A program made the position numbers and the translations under genes. From Psammoneis japonica (Eukaryota), in the NCBI GenBank assembly GCA_008632985.1, contig QPGO01000165.1, positions 1 through 64,000 on the forward strand: a stretch of DNA of 64,000 nucleotides. Reading direction: 5' to 3'. Of this stretch, positions 36,011-48,300 are shown one piece after another; the first letter of the stretch is position 1; each line of letters starts with the position of its first letter. The notes under the pieces are model-generated. The model searched no databases and had not been told where the DNA came from. It worked only from the letters and a program-made list of their open reading frames with translations.

Positions 36011-38202
36011 TTATAGGGAATACGCATATGCAGACCCTGATGAATCACCGTTGATGCCACCGAATTGGGCCCCTACTCCAAGAACGGTTCCATTTGCGGA
36101 CAAGGATACGGACCCTCCAAATTCATCATTTTCAGCCTCACCATTCAATGGATCGCCCACTTGACTCCATTCTTGCATTTCAGGATGGTATTGAAAGACT
36201 ACAACTTGACCTGCGTCAACGAGTCCATTGACATCATGCCAAACACTTCCAACAGCCAACGCATTTGCGCTTCCACTCAACGACACGGACCAACCAAAGA
36301 CATCACCCGATTGTTGTGTGCGAAGGATTTGACCACGTGTTGTCTACAAGGACGTGGAATTATCGTACTGATAGACCACGGCATACCCATCATTTCTATT
36401 TGCACCTCCTGCCACAATGTGACCCGTGTCATCAAGAGAAAAAGACCATCCAAACTTATCAAGAGCGCCAAGGCCGTAGATTGGATCCCCCATTGATTGC
36501 CAAGAGGATAATGCTGAATTGAATTGGTAAAGTTGAACCTGATTGGTATTATCGCCGCCCATTGCAACAACGGTTCCCGAGCCACTAACGCTAACAGAAA
36601 AACCATACTGAGCATCTTCTTCTACGCCAAGAATTGTTTCTCCAAGTTGGTTCCAGACAGATGATCCGGCATTGTACTGAAACACTTGAACTGCTCCCGA
36701 TCCCCTTCCATTGATCGTGTCGGCCCATCGTACCCCAATCGCAACAACGTCCCCTCCATTCGACAACGAGACGGAACAACCAAACAACTCACCGCCACCT
36801 TGGCCGAGAAGGACACTACCGCGCTGGACCCAACGATCCGTGTTGGCATTGTACGCATAGAAAACAACATAACCAGCTCCATCATCTACACTCATTTGAT
36901 GTGCTCCGATTGCCACAACGGTGCCGTCGGCATTTAATGATACGGAGTCACCACCGTGTGCCGCCAAATCTTGACCCATGGGCGACAAGGAGTTTGCATT
37001 GGAGTCGATTCGAAAGACAGACACACAACCGGAATTGCCGTCATTGTGTGGTGCTCCTACAGCCATGACTGTTCCGTCTCTGGAAATGGCAACAGATGTG
37101 CCAAAACCATCATTCGGAGATTTACCATGCAAGGCTTGTGCCACAGGTTCCCATGGACCATTCGGAAGCAAACCGCTTTCTGTTGGAGAAAGTGTTGGGG
37201 AGTCCGTTGTCGGGGGCTGCGTTGGGGACTTAGTCGTTGGGGATGGAGTTGGATCGAGAGTCGTTGACGTGGGAGTCGCACTGCCGGTTGCTGGAGGCAG
37301 CATGGGCGCCGAAACTGGTGTTTGTGTGGTGCCTCCAGACGAAAAAGAAGAGAAAGAAACCGCAACATTAATGGCCACAACAGCGGGCACGAGCACGACA
37401 CCTGCTCCCCATGTGATGCAGCACCTGCGACGTTTCCTCTGTGCTTCCAGCTCGAGAGCACTGGTGTTGTCTTGATTCTCTGGATGATTCGTGTCTTGGG
37501 GAGGTGCTGATGTTGTAGCAGCAACCACTTGAGCCACCTGAGCTCCCTCAACAGTTTGCCTGAGCCGAGTGTCTCTTGTTCAAGCCAATCCATCGAATCG
37601 GCATCTGCCAAATGAGCAACTGTGACTGGAGTGCTGTCATTGCGATGTGCTGGTGATGGTGGCGGAGGCATGGCACCACTTGCAGTTGGGTCGAGATCGA
37701 AAGGGACTGTGCTGATGTTGTCTGTGTCGTGTCTTGTTCGAGGAACCATCCCACCGCCTTGACCAACTGCAACTGCGCCCACCATTGACGAAATTGGCAA
37801 ATCCTCTTGCACTCCTCCCCTTTGGGCAGGCCGCATGGGCATGAAATCCGCATTGTCTGTTGGAGGAGGAACAGTCGCCTGGTGATTCTCATGGATCCTT
37901 TCCAATTCTGAAACATGATGCGCGTCAGGATGTCGACTCGCCGTGGTTTTGTTCTCTTTCCATCCTGTCCTGGAGGTGGGCACACTGTGATTGTGAGCAA
38001 GTTGATTGCCTGAACTCAAAGCTTGCTCTTGATGACGGTGAGCGTGACACTTCTCGTTTGGGCCTGCAACTGGTTTTTCCATCGTTTCTTCCTCTGCAAT
38101 CACTTCATCGGTGTTGTTGTGGTTCCTTCTTCTGCCACCACGCCTGTTGCACATGTCGTCATCACCCATTGCGGGCGGAGGCTTGTCGGGATGGCGGTTC
38201 AT
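36011..38202 (-). pseudogene. Single-pass membrane protein with a PT-rich stalk and FG-GAP-like beta-propeller repeats, disrupted
   Basis: Disordered N-terminus, RKRRR followed by a hydrophobic segment, PTPSPT repeats, multiple FGxSVS(L/I)SxxG..VAVGA repeats. Frameshift near 37540 and in-frame TAG at 36344-46. Confidence 0.75.
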
Positions 38203-38422
38203 TGTGATGATTCTTTGCACACTGAGCAAAAAGTGCAAAGCCCAGAAAGAGAAAGCGAGCTCCGACCCTTGAGCTCGAGTCATCATCGCATCAGCCAGCA
38301 AACACAACCTGGATGTTAAAGTGTGGAGAACTGACACCTGGCTGCACAAGCACCCATCGCCGAAGGCAGCTGCACTGAAAGACAAGGAACAAAATGAGAA
38401 GAAAAGTGCAACATGCAGACAA

Positions 38423-38812
38423 GACGAGTTCCAGGTCTAGGTGGGACCTCGTACTACTGAACTGTGACATCGATGGTTTTTTGAATCACGTCGTATGTCG
38501 CGCACGTAGATTTCTACGTGATTTTTTTGATATTTTGTGTCATTTTACGGTACACTTATTGAGCGATCCGTCCAACAACTTTTGACATTTCTTGTTACAG
38601 CGCGATTCTATAATGTCTTAAGAATCGCGTAGGGCAGGCGCATTTGCAAAAACGTCGAGTGGTAAGAGGCATAATTGTACCACAAACTTGGCCGTTTATT
38701 TGATGTTGAAGATAAATATATCCATTAATTAAATTCTCGTACTACGGAGCTCGCACGTAGAATTCTACGGGCCCAATGTCACACGGAGTCCCACCTAGGG
38801 CTGGAACGCGTC
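38423..38812. mobile_element. MITE of the Sola-like family, 390 bp
   Basis: TIRs gacgagttccaggtctaggtgggac and gtcccacctagggctggaacgcgtc; 4-bp TSD ACAA on both sides; subterminal near-palindrome cacgtaga.ttctacg at both ends. Confidence 0.85.
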
Positions 38813-39109
38813 ACAAGGAGATGGTGCAGCAACAGAGCATCCAGCCACAGCACCGCAGCACCAGTGGCTGCAAGAGGCGCACCTGAGCGACGAGAAGCAA
38901 GGCAAAAAACAGAAAAAGAAGCACCTCTGGGCTGCGCGTTAGAGCAGCAAGCAGCCAGAGCAACAAAAAGAAAACAGGAAAAGGGGAACAGAAAGAAGAG
39001 CCAAATCCAGGCATTTTGTGTTGGCAAAAAGCTTGGGAAAGTGCAGCATCTGAGGGGTGGCCAGAAATGATCTGCGAAGGTTTTTTCATTTTGTTTGAGA
39101 AGACGACAT

Positions 39110-39954
39110 GACGCGTTCCAGCTCTAGCTAGTAGGTGGGACCTCGTACTACTGGACTGTGACATAAATGTTTTTTGTCATCCGTCGTATGTTTTGCACGT
39201 ACATTTCTACGTGTTCTATTGTAAAAAATTGTTCCACACTGCCTCTTTTGCGAAGCCAAAGGCTTTCTGTTTTCTACATTTATGACAATAAAAATGCGCT
39301 GGGTACATTCTTTAATGTCTAAAGAATATACAGTACCCCGGCAAACTATAAATAACGTACTTCAAGTTTGGAGGAGGAGATACGTTCGCAAAATAGCCTC
39401 TACAGGCCTCGCTGATCTAATCGGCGCGGCGTAGCGCGCACATCTAGTGTTTATTGTTTTTCGTATTATTTTCGCGAGATTGTATTGTTCACGAATAGAA
39501 ATAATATTATTTCTATATTTGACCGTAAACATAGTGTTTATTATCTCCATAAATAAATTCCGTTAGAGGAAAAGACACGTAGGACATTTTCTTTTATAAG
39601 CTGATGACATCATAATACATAAATTAATTAGGCCGTCGACGGGGTGTTAGGCATTCTGACACAAGCATAAGCCCAGAATGACTCCTATGTCGTCATTGAT
39701 GACGTAAGTTCAAACCACACTAAATGTTCGAATAAAAGTTACCAAAAATGCATTTGTCACATTTCTTCGTCGATAATGTCTAACGGATAAGTAATCGTAG
39801 GAATAACAAATAATAAACACTAGATCGGCGACCCCTGTATTTCTGTTGGCGATCATTCACATTTGCATTGCTTAACAATTTTACTACGGAGCTCGCACGT
39901 AGAATTCTACGGGCCCAACGTCACAAAAAGTCCCACCTAGGATTGGAACCCGTC
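39110..39954. mobile_element. MITE of the same family with a nested insertion, 845 bp
   Basis: TIRs gacgcgttccagctctag..gtgggac and gtcccacctaggattggaacccgtc; 4-bp TSD ACAT on both sides. Confidence 0.85.
39403..39837. mobile_element. Nested Tc1/mariner-type MITE with TA flanks
   Basis: Left TA|caggcctcgctgatcta..gtgtttatt, right aataaacactagatcggcgacccctg|TA. The left TIR has an insertion of about 27 bp. Removing this element returns the host MITE to about 410 bp, close to its 390-bp sibling. Confidence 0.7.
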
Positions 39955-41078
39955 ACATGATGAGCTGCACAAAGAGAAGCAAATCAACTTGGCACAGCCT
40001 TGGCCAGGGTGGTGGCTCAAGAATGCACACAGTTGCCTGTGGGGCACCAAGCAGCACAGAAAAAGCAACAAGAAGTTTGTCAGCGGGGCGAGCTGATGAT
40101 TTTTCACAAGTGCCATCACCAAGCTGCACTCAAGGACAAGGAACAACAACAATTTGTGAAGCAAAGTGTGGTGCACAGACAAGGAGTTTGTGCAGAAGTG
40201 GTGTGTCCAGCAGCCACAGTGCTGACAGCTGCAGGAAGCAGAGCAAAAGAAGCCAGGCAGGGTGGCACCATGTGTGCCAGCTCTTGTCACAGACAGCCCT
40301 GTGCGCTGCATCTTGAAGAAACAGGTTGAAGAGATGAGTGAGATGCCAAAAAGGAAAACTGTGAAACTGTTTTGGGTGCCAAAGCAAACTGTTGAGATGC
40401 TCTGCAGCACCACCCAGCAACAGCTCATTGCCGCCCCTGCACCAAGCCAGCTGAGAATCAGTGCATGGACTGCACAGTGTTCTCAGCACTGCTTTGGGGT
40501 GTGACCCAGTTGTTGTTGAGAGCTGCATCACAAAAAACTGCCTCAGTGCACTTGTCGCTGAATCTCCAAGCATGTGAAACAGCTGGAGCTTGCTGCTGAT
40601 GACACTTGTTTGCTGCTGCATGCTGCTTCTGTCAAATGAGAGCACATGCAAGTGTGTGCTCCATGACCTCTTCACAGAGCTGGAAATCATCTTTGCAGCT
40701 TTGGCACAGAGCTCCCAGCAGCACAGTGTTTTGCAGAAGCACCAAGATCACAAGCAACAGCAGCAGCAGCTCTGTGCACTCTTGGAGCAGCAAGCAGCCA
40801 GAGCAACAACAAAAAGAAAAGATGAGTGGAGCAGAAGTTCACAGGCGTGCAGCATCTGAGGTGGCCAGAAATGATCTCCAGCATCACGCACCAGTGCAAG
40901 GTGGGCAGCACCAGCGCAGAAGCAGAGAGGGCAAGAAAATGAGGGCTTGTTTTTGTGAGAAAAAACAAAGGTTTGCTTTTGTGAGGATGGCATGAGCAAA
41001 GTCAAGAAGCCACACAGAGAGAAGCAAGCCAACTTTGGTGTCTCTAGAGCTGCGGCAGCTGCCGGCATGGAGAGAGCA

Positions 41079-44000
41079 CAGCTTTCCCTGCAATCAAACA
41101 AAACGCCGTAGAATTTGTGCAGGACATGCCAGATTTTTGTGACGTGTCCACTTTGACGTCATCACAGTGATCTTGAAGCACGAGAAAAAGCACGAGACAA
41201 TGGCGCTGGTGGAATCGGCGTTTTTTGTGGTTTTGCTGCTGAGTCCTCTCTGATCCCCCTGTACAGCTTGGTGGCAAACACCCATCAAAATGTCACAAGG
41301 CAATGCGATCAGAGCGTCTCGGTCAACACCGACTGGCATCATCACTTTGCATTTCAGGGATGCGTGCAAGATGCCGAAGTTCCAGTGCAGATGGATCGAG
41401 GCGAACTGTTTTGTGCATGTGACAAGAGGCCTGTGCAATTGACAAAGATTTGAACTTAAATGCCAAGAAGTTGAACAGTGCATTGAGCAGAGTTGGGTCT
41501 CCATTTCCAGACATTGACAAGGACACGTCTGAGAATGATGGCGGGGTTTTCCGAAAGCAGTTCCGACCGAAGGGAGAGCCGTCCATTGTGGCGCACTGTG
41601 CCTGCAAAGAGCAAGAATTGCCAAGGCATGTGCCCTCAACAATCAATGATCCCAGGCATGTGATGTTGACTGTTGAAGAGTGCAACAAGAAAGTAGAAAC
41701 TCGAGCCGGCTCCAGCAAGAGAACAGTGGGGTATGACGCAAATGAGCATGCACAGACGTTGCAGGAAAACGAGCGAAAGAAAAAGAAAAGGAAAGAACTG
41801 CTAGAGTCCTCTGCAACAGAGGCAAAATCATCCAATGATGGTGGTGCTGATGAAGATGATGCTCCTGAGAATGATGCCATGCCTGCCGATGATTTGACCG
41901 CTATTGTTGGCACCTTCTGGGATGACACGACCGTGCGGAACCTGTTCAATGCAGATGATGGAGAGGATGCAAAAAAGGCAATTGAGAAACAGACAGATAA
42001 ATTGACTTCTGGATTTGCTTTTCATGATGGATGGAAAGAAGTGATCAAAGGAGGTGACCCTGACAACCTGTGCACACCCAACGATGCTCATGTGATTCGA
42101 TTGAGATGCCAGCATCTTGCGATCGTGCTTGACCATGCGTTGAAGAAGCTGCCAAAAAGGAACACTGCATGGCTTGACTGCTGTCAGCATGCAATCGATG
42201 ACCTCAGCGGTGCAGGTGTTAACTTTATAAAAAGTCGCCAAACCGCAGCTGCTTGGTGTCGCATCTTTGGGAATCTCAGTTCCTTTCCTCATCCCCGACC
42301 AAAAGGAAAAGGTGACCCACCGACATTTGAAGCACATCCAAAGACGAAGCGGAAATTCATTGAGTTCATGACAGCAAACCTTTCTCGACTTTCCACTGAG
42401 GTGGCCACAGACCACTTCCACGAAGTGCTTGTCCCGGAATTCTTAAAGAGAGAGAACAATGACCGTCGCAAGAACGGGGAAGACATCTTGGAGTCGGAAC
42501 GGGAGTTCCTGAATCAGTGTGGATTGCTCACCGGGGAAAACCAACCATGCATTTCTTCCAGTGCAGTTTCCAACTGGATGAATCTGTTTGGTTTCCGGCA
42601 TGGACCAAACAAAAAGATGAATTGTGTTGACAATCATGAACGTCCCGACAATGTGAGGTGTCGGAATGCGATGGTCCGTCGACACTTGATGATGGAAGAA
42701 CGATGCCCACGTTGGATGCAACTTCCAAAAGCCGCTGCCATGGACCTTGTTGAAGCTGAAGCTCTCCCAGCAAAAATGGGGCATGAATGCCAAGTCGATG
42801 GAGAAGATTTTATCGAGTGTCATGTCGATGCTGTCATTGACCCGGAGCATCCAAGCCTTGTGCCCAAGCTGTCCGTGCAATTTGGAGGAAGTGAAAGTGT
42901 GAGAAAGGATCCGAATGTAAAGCCTGTCATGACATTTGGACAGGACAAGGCTGTTTTTAAGCAATGCTTGCCAAGCACAAGCAGCTGGTTGGGTCCCAAA
43001 GGTGAGCGGCCGCTGCTGCCCAAAGATGATGGAGAAGGCGTGATGCAGTCTGCATTTCAATGTCGAGAGGTCGGCCTTGTTCGAGATGGAGACATTTCGG
43101 AAGAGCGGCTCCGAGAGATGAATGAAACTTGAGCAGGCAAATGCTGCAATGATGAAGACGCTGCAGAAACAGCATTCAGCAAGAAGCAGCACAAGCCGAA
43201 GTTGAAGAAAAGTCCGTTCATCCACGAGTTCGAGTGTGGAGCGAACAGCGACGGATGCTGGAATTATGACCACATGTTGGTGCAATTGGAGGATTGCGTG
43301 GATTGCTTGAAAGTGCTGCATCCTCAATTTGACTGTCGTTTCCTTTTTGATCATTCTTGCGGGCACAACAAGCAGAGAGCAGACGGACTAATCTGCAACA
43401 AGCGCACGATGAACGCAGGAGTCGGCGGCAGTCAGAACAAGATGCATCCCACTGAGATTCTTCAGGCAGAGAGGGCTTTCTAGGTCCTCATGCTGAAGCA
43501 GTTGGTGTGTCATCTGCAGGACAAGTGCAAACAATGGCATTCAGTGAGGAAGACCAGGGACCACACTGGATGACGCCGGAAGAACGAGAAGCTGAGAAAT
43601 GTGACGCACCTGTTGAGGGTCAAACTGAAACTCGGAAGTTCCTGCGTGATGAAATTTTTGACAAGCTTCTACAAAAGAACATCAAGAATGTCAGGGGCAA
43701 GAAAAAGGATGAATTGATTGACACAGCAAAGAGCAACAACACACCTGTCGAAGAAACCATTCAAAAGGTGAAGCACGGATGGGTCAACAAGCCGAAAGGA
43801 TCAAAGCAAATTTTGCATGAGCGAGGATGGATTGATCCCAACAACCCTGGAAAATGCACTGTGGATGGCACAAAGGGCAAAGATGGAGAGATCGATGAGT
43901 CAACATCTCTTCTTCACTTGATGGCTGCTTGCAATGATTTCGTCAACGAAGAGACGTTGTTGCAAACCATGGGTCGCAAAGTGGGTGTGACCATTGATGG

Positions 44001-44523
44001 AACGCCAAAGTGTCACCCAGAAATGGCTGGGGAGGGCATTGAACATTCTTGGGGACTCGCAAAGCAGCATTGTCGTTTGCAACCTTTGTCAAGAAAGAGG
44101 GGAAAGCAAACTTTAGAGAGTTGGTGCGAGAATCAATGTCATCAAGCGCACTCACGACTGACAGGATGCGAAAGTTCTCGCGACGAGCACGACAATGCAT
44201 TTGTGCTTGCATGGTTCTTTCACAACCTGATGTGTCTCAAGAGGTTCAGCATGAAGCCTTGTCTCTTGAGACCATTGAAAAGCTTGTCAAAGAGTTCAAA
44301 ACGCACCGCAGTGCGATTGATTTTGACAAGGGTTTCATTGTGAGGACGCTTTTCGCGGGGTGAAAAGACATTTTTTGCAGGTAAATAAAAAACTTAAGAA
44401 TATAGATAAGTTTTATATATAACGCTGCTGGCGATTTTACTGTGGCTTTTTGTATGAAAAATAAATTTTCCTACCAGTAACGTAGGATTCATACGACGTT
44501 TAGGTTGGTTGCAGGGAAAGCTG
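41079..44523 (+). mobile_element. Tc1/mariner-IS630 superfamily transposon, 3445 bp
   Basis: TIRs cagctttccctgcaatcaaacaaaacgccgta and tacgacgtttaggttggttgcagggaaagctg; right flank TA, left flank CA. Confidence 0.85.
41450..44363 (+). pseudogene. IS630/Tc1-like DDE transposase with stop and frameshifts
   Basis: Motifs VDNHER, GQDKAVFKQ, LLPKDDGEGVMQSAF, FLFDHSCGH, PKGSKQILHERGW, TPKCHPEMAGEGIEHSWG. Confidence 0.8.
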
Positions 44524-44532
44524 TAGGGCCTG

Positions 44533-45033
44533 CCGGAGGTATGTGAATAGTAGCGAACTTTTTTTCAGGATCGCCTCACAGACCCCAAGACCCATATATC
44601 GGTGGAAAGCTCTCGACGAGCTGAACAAGGTCAAACGCATGTTGTATCGGTCGGAGTGAGCGGAAAGCGAATGTTTGTCGTTGAAAATTTGGTATTTATT
44701 TAAAGAAAAATAACGGTTATATTCGCCTTTTTCTAATTGATTTTTATATTTATATAGAAACATTAATCGTATCATAAATTTGACATTTAATCCGGAGTTC
44801 CGAAATCTCATCCAGGATTGTATACTATATAAATTACTTATGGGACACCTTGTTTCTATACTTTGCTCTTGCTCTACAGCTCTTACAACTGAAGATATCG
44901 AAAAAAGGCTTTCGTCAGTCGCTGCAACTGGGTGTGTTTTAGTGACTGACGAAAGCCGATTTTCGATAAGTATTTTTGGTGTCGAGATTTTTCAATAGCA
45001 AAAATAACTTCGCTACTATTTACATACCTCCGG
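44533..45033. mobile_element. MITE, 501 bp, Tc1/mariner-type
   Basis: 25-bp TIRs ccggaggtatgtgaatagtagcgaa and ttcgctactatttacatacctccgg (one mismatch); right flank TA, left flank TG. Confidence 0.85.
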
Positions 45034-45315
45034 TAGAGTAGAGAGTGAGGGCCCTCTAGAGCTAGAGAGTGAGCTAACCCGGAGACCGATCGAGCGATCT
45101 ACGATGCAAGCATGACGTCAGCATTACCCATCCTGACGACCATTCCAAAAATTACACAGTAAACAACTGAATGACCTCGCCTTCAACCTTCTTTCCACCG
45201 TGCATTTGCAATCAAACCTCATCGGCTTGTTTTGCGGTTGTCAGTACATTATTGTCGACACAACCTCACAACTCCTCTCTGTGTGTTTCTCGATGAAAGA
45301 GACATAGACGGAGAC

Positions 45316-48300
45316 ATGCCAAGATTTTTGTTTTGTTCAGCAATCTCTTGCTGAGTCTCTGGATCTCACCATGTTTTGCTACTCGCCCGTTTGGCATTCT
45401 CTCGGCTCGCGGCGGTTCCGTAACTCCTCCCACAAAGAGCGGTAGCAAATCCAAGGCACCCAAAGCACCCATTCCTGTTCCCCATGAAGCCGTGACAATT
45501 TCCAAGGACGACAGTGAGGAAGATCCCAGTGTCGATGGACCACTCATGGACAGCATCAACACGCTCACGAGTATTTTATCCGAGGTGGTCGAACGCGAGA
45601 ATCCGCGTATTCACATGCTCTTTAACAAATTCTACAAGTATGGCAAAACACGCGCCATTGATACCAACAATCAAGAATCACTTCTAGCCATGGTGGAGTG
45701 TGCCAAGAATTTGAGTCCCGAGGATGCCTTGGGAGTCATGCGCATGTTGACTCTGGCACTCAATCTCGTCAATGCGGCCGAAAACCATCACAAGCTAAAA
45801 ATTGTACGACAACGGGATTTAGAGAGTCATCAAGAGAATTCACCCGTGGGGCCATTGCCAAAGATTAGTGACAGTATGAGAGGGACTATTGATGATTTAT
45901 TGGCAAACAAACAAGCTACAGCTGAGGAGATTTACAACCAGCTGCTTCAACAGCGGGTCGAAATTGTCTTGACGGCGCATCCCACGGAAGTCAATCGAAA
46001 AACACTTTTGCGTAAATGTAAGTCTGTTGAGAGAAAATTATGTACTCGTTTTGATTTATGATGTTGCTAATTTTCTTTGTCTTCTTATGTTACCAATTAT
46101 ACAAGTCCGCGTCATTACAGAAACGTTGGCGTACTTGGATCGGCAAGACTTGCACCCCTACGAACGCAAAGAGGCTGAATCCATGCTAAAGCGCACCATT
46201 GCCGCCATTTGGGGATCCGACGAAATTCGAAGAAAGAAACCTTCTCCCCAACAAGAGGCAGCCGGTGGCAATGCCGCCATTGAATCCGTCTTGTGGGATG
46301 CCGTACCGGCCTATCTCCGCAAATTGTTGGCACAGTGCGAGGCGTCTCTGGGAAAGCCGCTGCCGGTGGATGTGGTGCCTATTAAATTTGGTTCGTGGAT
46401 TGGTGGTGATCGGGACGGTAATCCCAATGTCACGCCCCAAGTCACGACCGAAGTCATTACGCAGCAACGGCTCCGTGCGGCAAAGTTGTTTTTGGACGAC
46501 ATGCACAAGCTCTATTATGAACTTGCCATTTCGTCGCGGTATTCTCCAGAAATGGAGGAATTGGCCAATTCTGTTACGGAATCGGAAGATGAATTGGAAA
46601 AGTACAGACGTGTGTTGGGACATTTGCGTTTGCGATTGGTCAAGACTGTGAAAGAGTGTGAGGCGGAACTTGCCAAACAGATATCGACTGCGACGGCCGC
46701 ACGTGTGGCGGCCGAAGCGAGCAGCACGGTTCAACAACAGCACAATTTAAAGGGTTGGGAAGATGTCGAACCCATTTATGAATCCAAGGATTTGATGGAG
46801 CCTCTCTTGATCATGCACTGGTCCTTGGTCGATACTGATTTTGAATTGGTAGCGGACGGGCACTTGGCGGATACGATTCGTCGATTGGCAGTCTTTGGAA
46901 TGACCTTGGTGCCGTTGGATATTCGAGAGGAGTCTACAAAGCACACGGAGGCCTTGGATGCTATTACGAAATGGTTGGGATTGGGATCGTACAAGTTGTG
47001 GGACGAAAAAACGAAAATGTCGTGGCTCGAGACTGAACTCAAGAGCAAACGTCCGTTGTTTAGGCCGGAAGAGATGGAAAGTCTTGGTTTTGATGAGCCC
47101 GTTTTAAAAACGTTACGAATCTTTCAAATGGCTTCTGGTCAACACGCCGAAGCGCTTGGAGCATATGTGATTAGTCAAGCTCAGACGGCCAGTGATGTCC
47201 TTGGTGTCATGTTGTTGCAGCAACAGTTTGGCATGATGGCCAAAGGGAATATTATGAGGGTTGTTCCTCTCTTTGAGACTCTGGATGATCTGGAGAATGC
47301 CTCCAAAGTTATGGAAGAGTTATTCTCCATCAAATTTTATGTCAGCGCAATCAACGGAAAGCAAGAAGTCATGGTGGGGTACAGCGACAGCGCCAAGGAC
47401 GCTGGTCGTCTCGCTGCGTGCTGGGCTCAATACAAGTCTCAAGAAGGCATGGTCAAGGTTGCTCAAAAGTTTGGCATTGAACTCACCTTTTTCCACGGCA
47501 AGGGCGGCACTGTGGGTCGAGGTGGCAACCCCGCACTCTACCGTGCAATCATGTCGCATCCACCCAACACCATTCATGGTCGATTCCGTGTCACGGGACA
47601 GGGAGAAATGATTACACAAAACTTTGGGGCACCCGCTATTGCCGAGCGGACTCTGGATATATACACGGCGGCAGTCTTGTGCGAAAAGTTTACCAAACAC
47701 GAGGAACCAACAGAGGAATGGAGACAGCAAATGGAACGCATTTCAGAAGTCTCCTGTGCAGACTACAGATACCTCGTGCGAGAAGAACCACGCTTTGTGC
47801 CATACTTTCGACAGGCTACGCCCGAGTTGGAACTTGGAAGACTCAACATTGGCAGTCGACCCGCCAAACGTAATCCCAAGGGCGGTATTGAAAGTCTTCG
47901 TGCTATACCCTGGACGTTTGCATGGTATGTTTTTCATGGTTCTGTATAATTTTTGATTTCTGAGTCGTTCAATTACTCAATACCATTCTTTTGATTACTT
48001 CAGGACGCAGACACGCACGCATCTCTCTGCGTGGTTGGGTGTTGGAGCGGGACTCAAGACCAATGTAAGGGCGGTGTTGTCACTGTGTTTGTGTGTTATT
48101 CCTACCGTGTGTATCTGGGCATACGGCTAACAATCTCCGTACGTCAACGTTGCCTACCGTATCTCTACCTCAATGATACAGAATGACGAAGACTTGAATG
48201 AACTGAAGGACATGTACGAGAATTGGCCATGGTTCAAGGAAACGATTGGTTTGATCTCCATGATTATCAGCAAAACCGACTTTAGTATAAGTGAGAATTA

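Larger units (their letters stand above)
29901..36813 (+). repeat. Direct segmental duplicate of 9438-16351 (MITE, TOM40, alpha-kinase, propeller 3' end)
   Basis: Colinear; differs almost only at TpA and CpG sites up to about 34750, then nearly identical. Confidence 0.95.

Noticed and set aside
29840..39954. Apparent integron- or CRISPR-like array of cassettes bounded by conserved inverted motifs, including an 8.5-kb host-gene cargo
   Set aside because: The motifs pair the other way: 38423-38812 and 39110-39954 each have their own 4-bp TSD, so they are MITEs, and the 29900 motif is the end of the Sola-like element.
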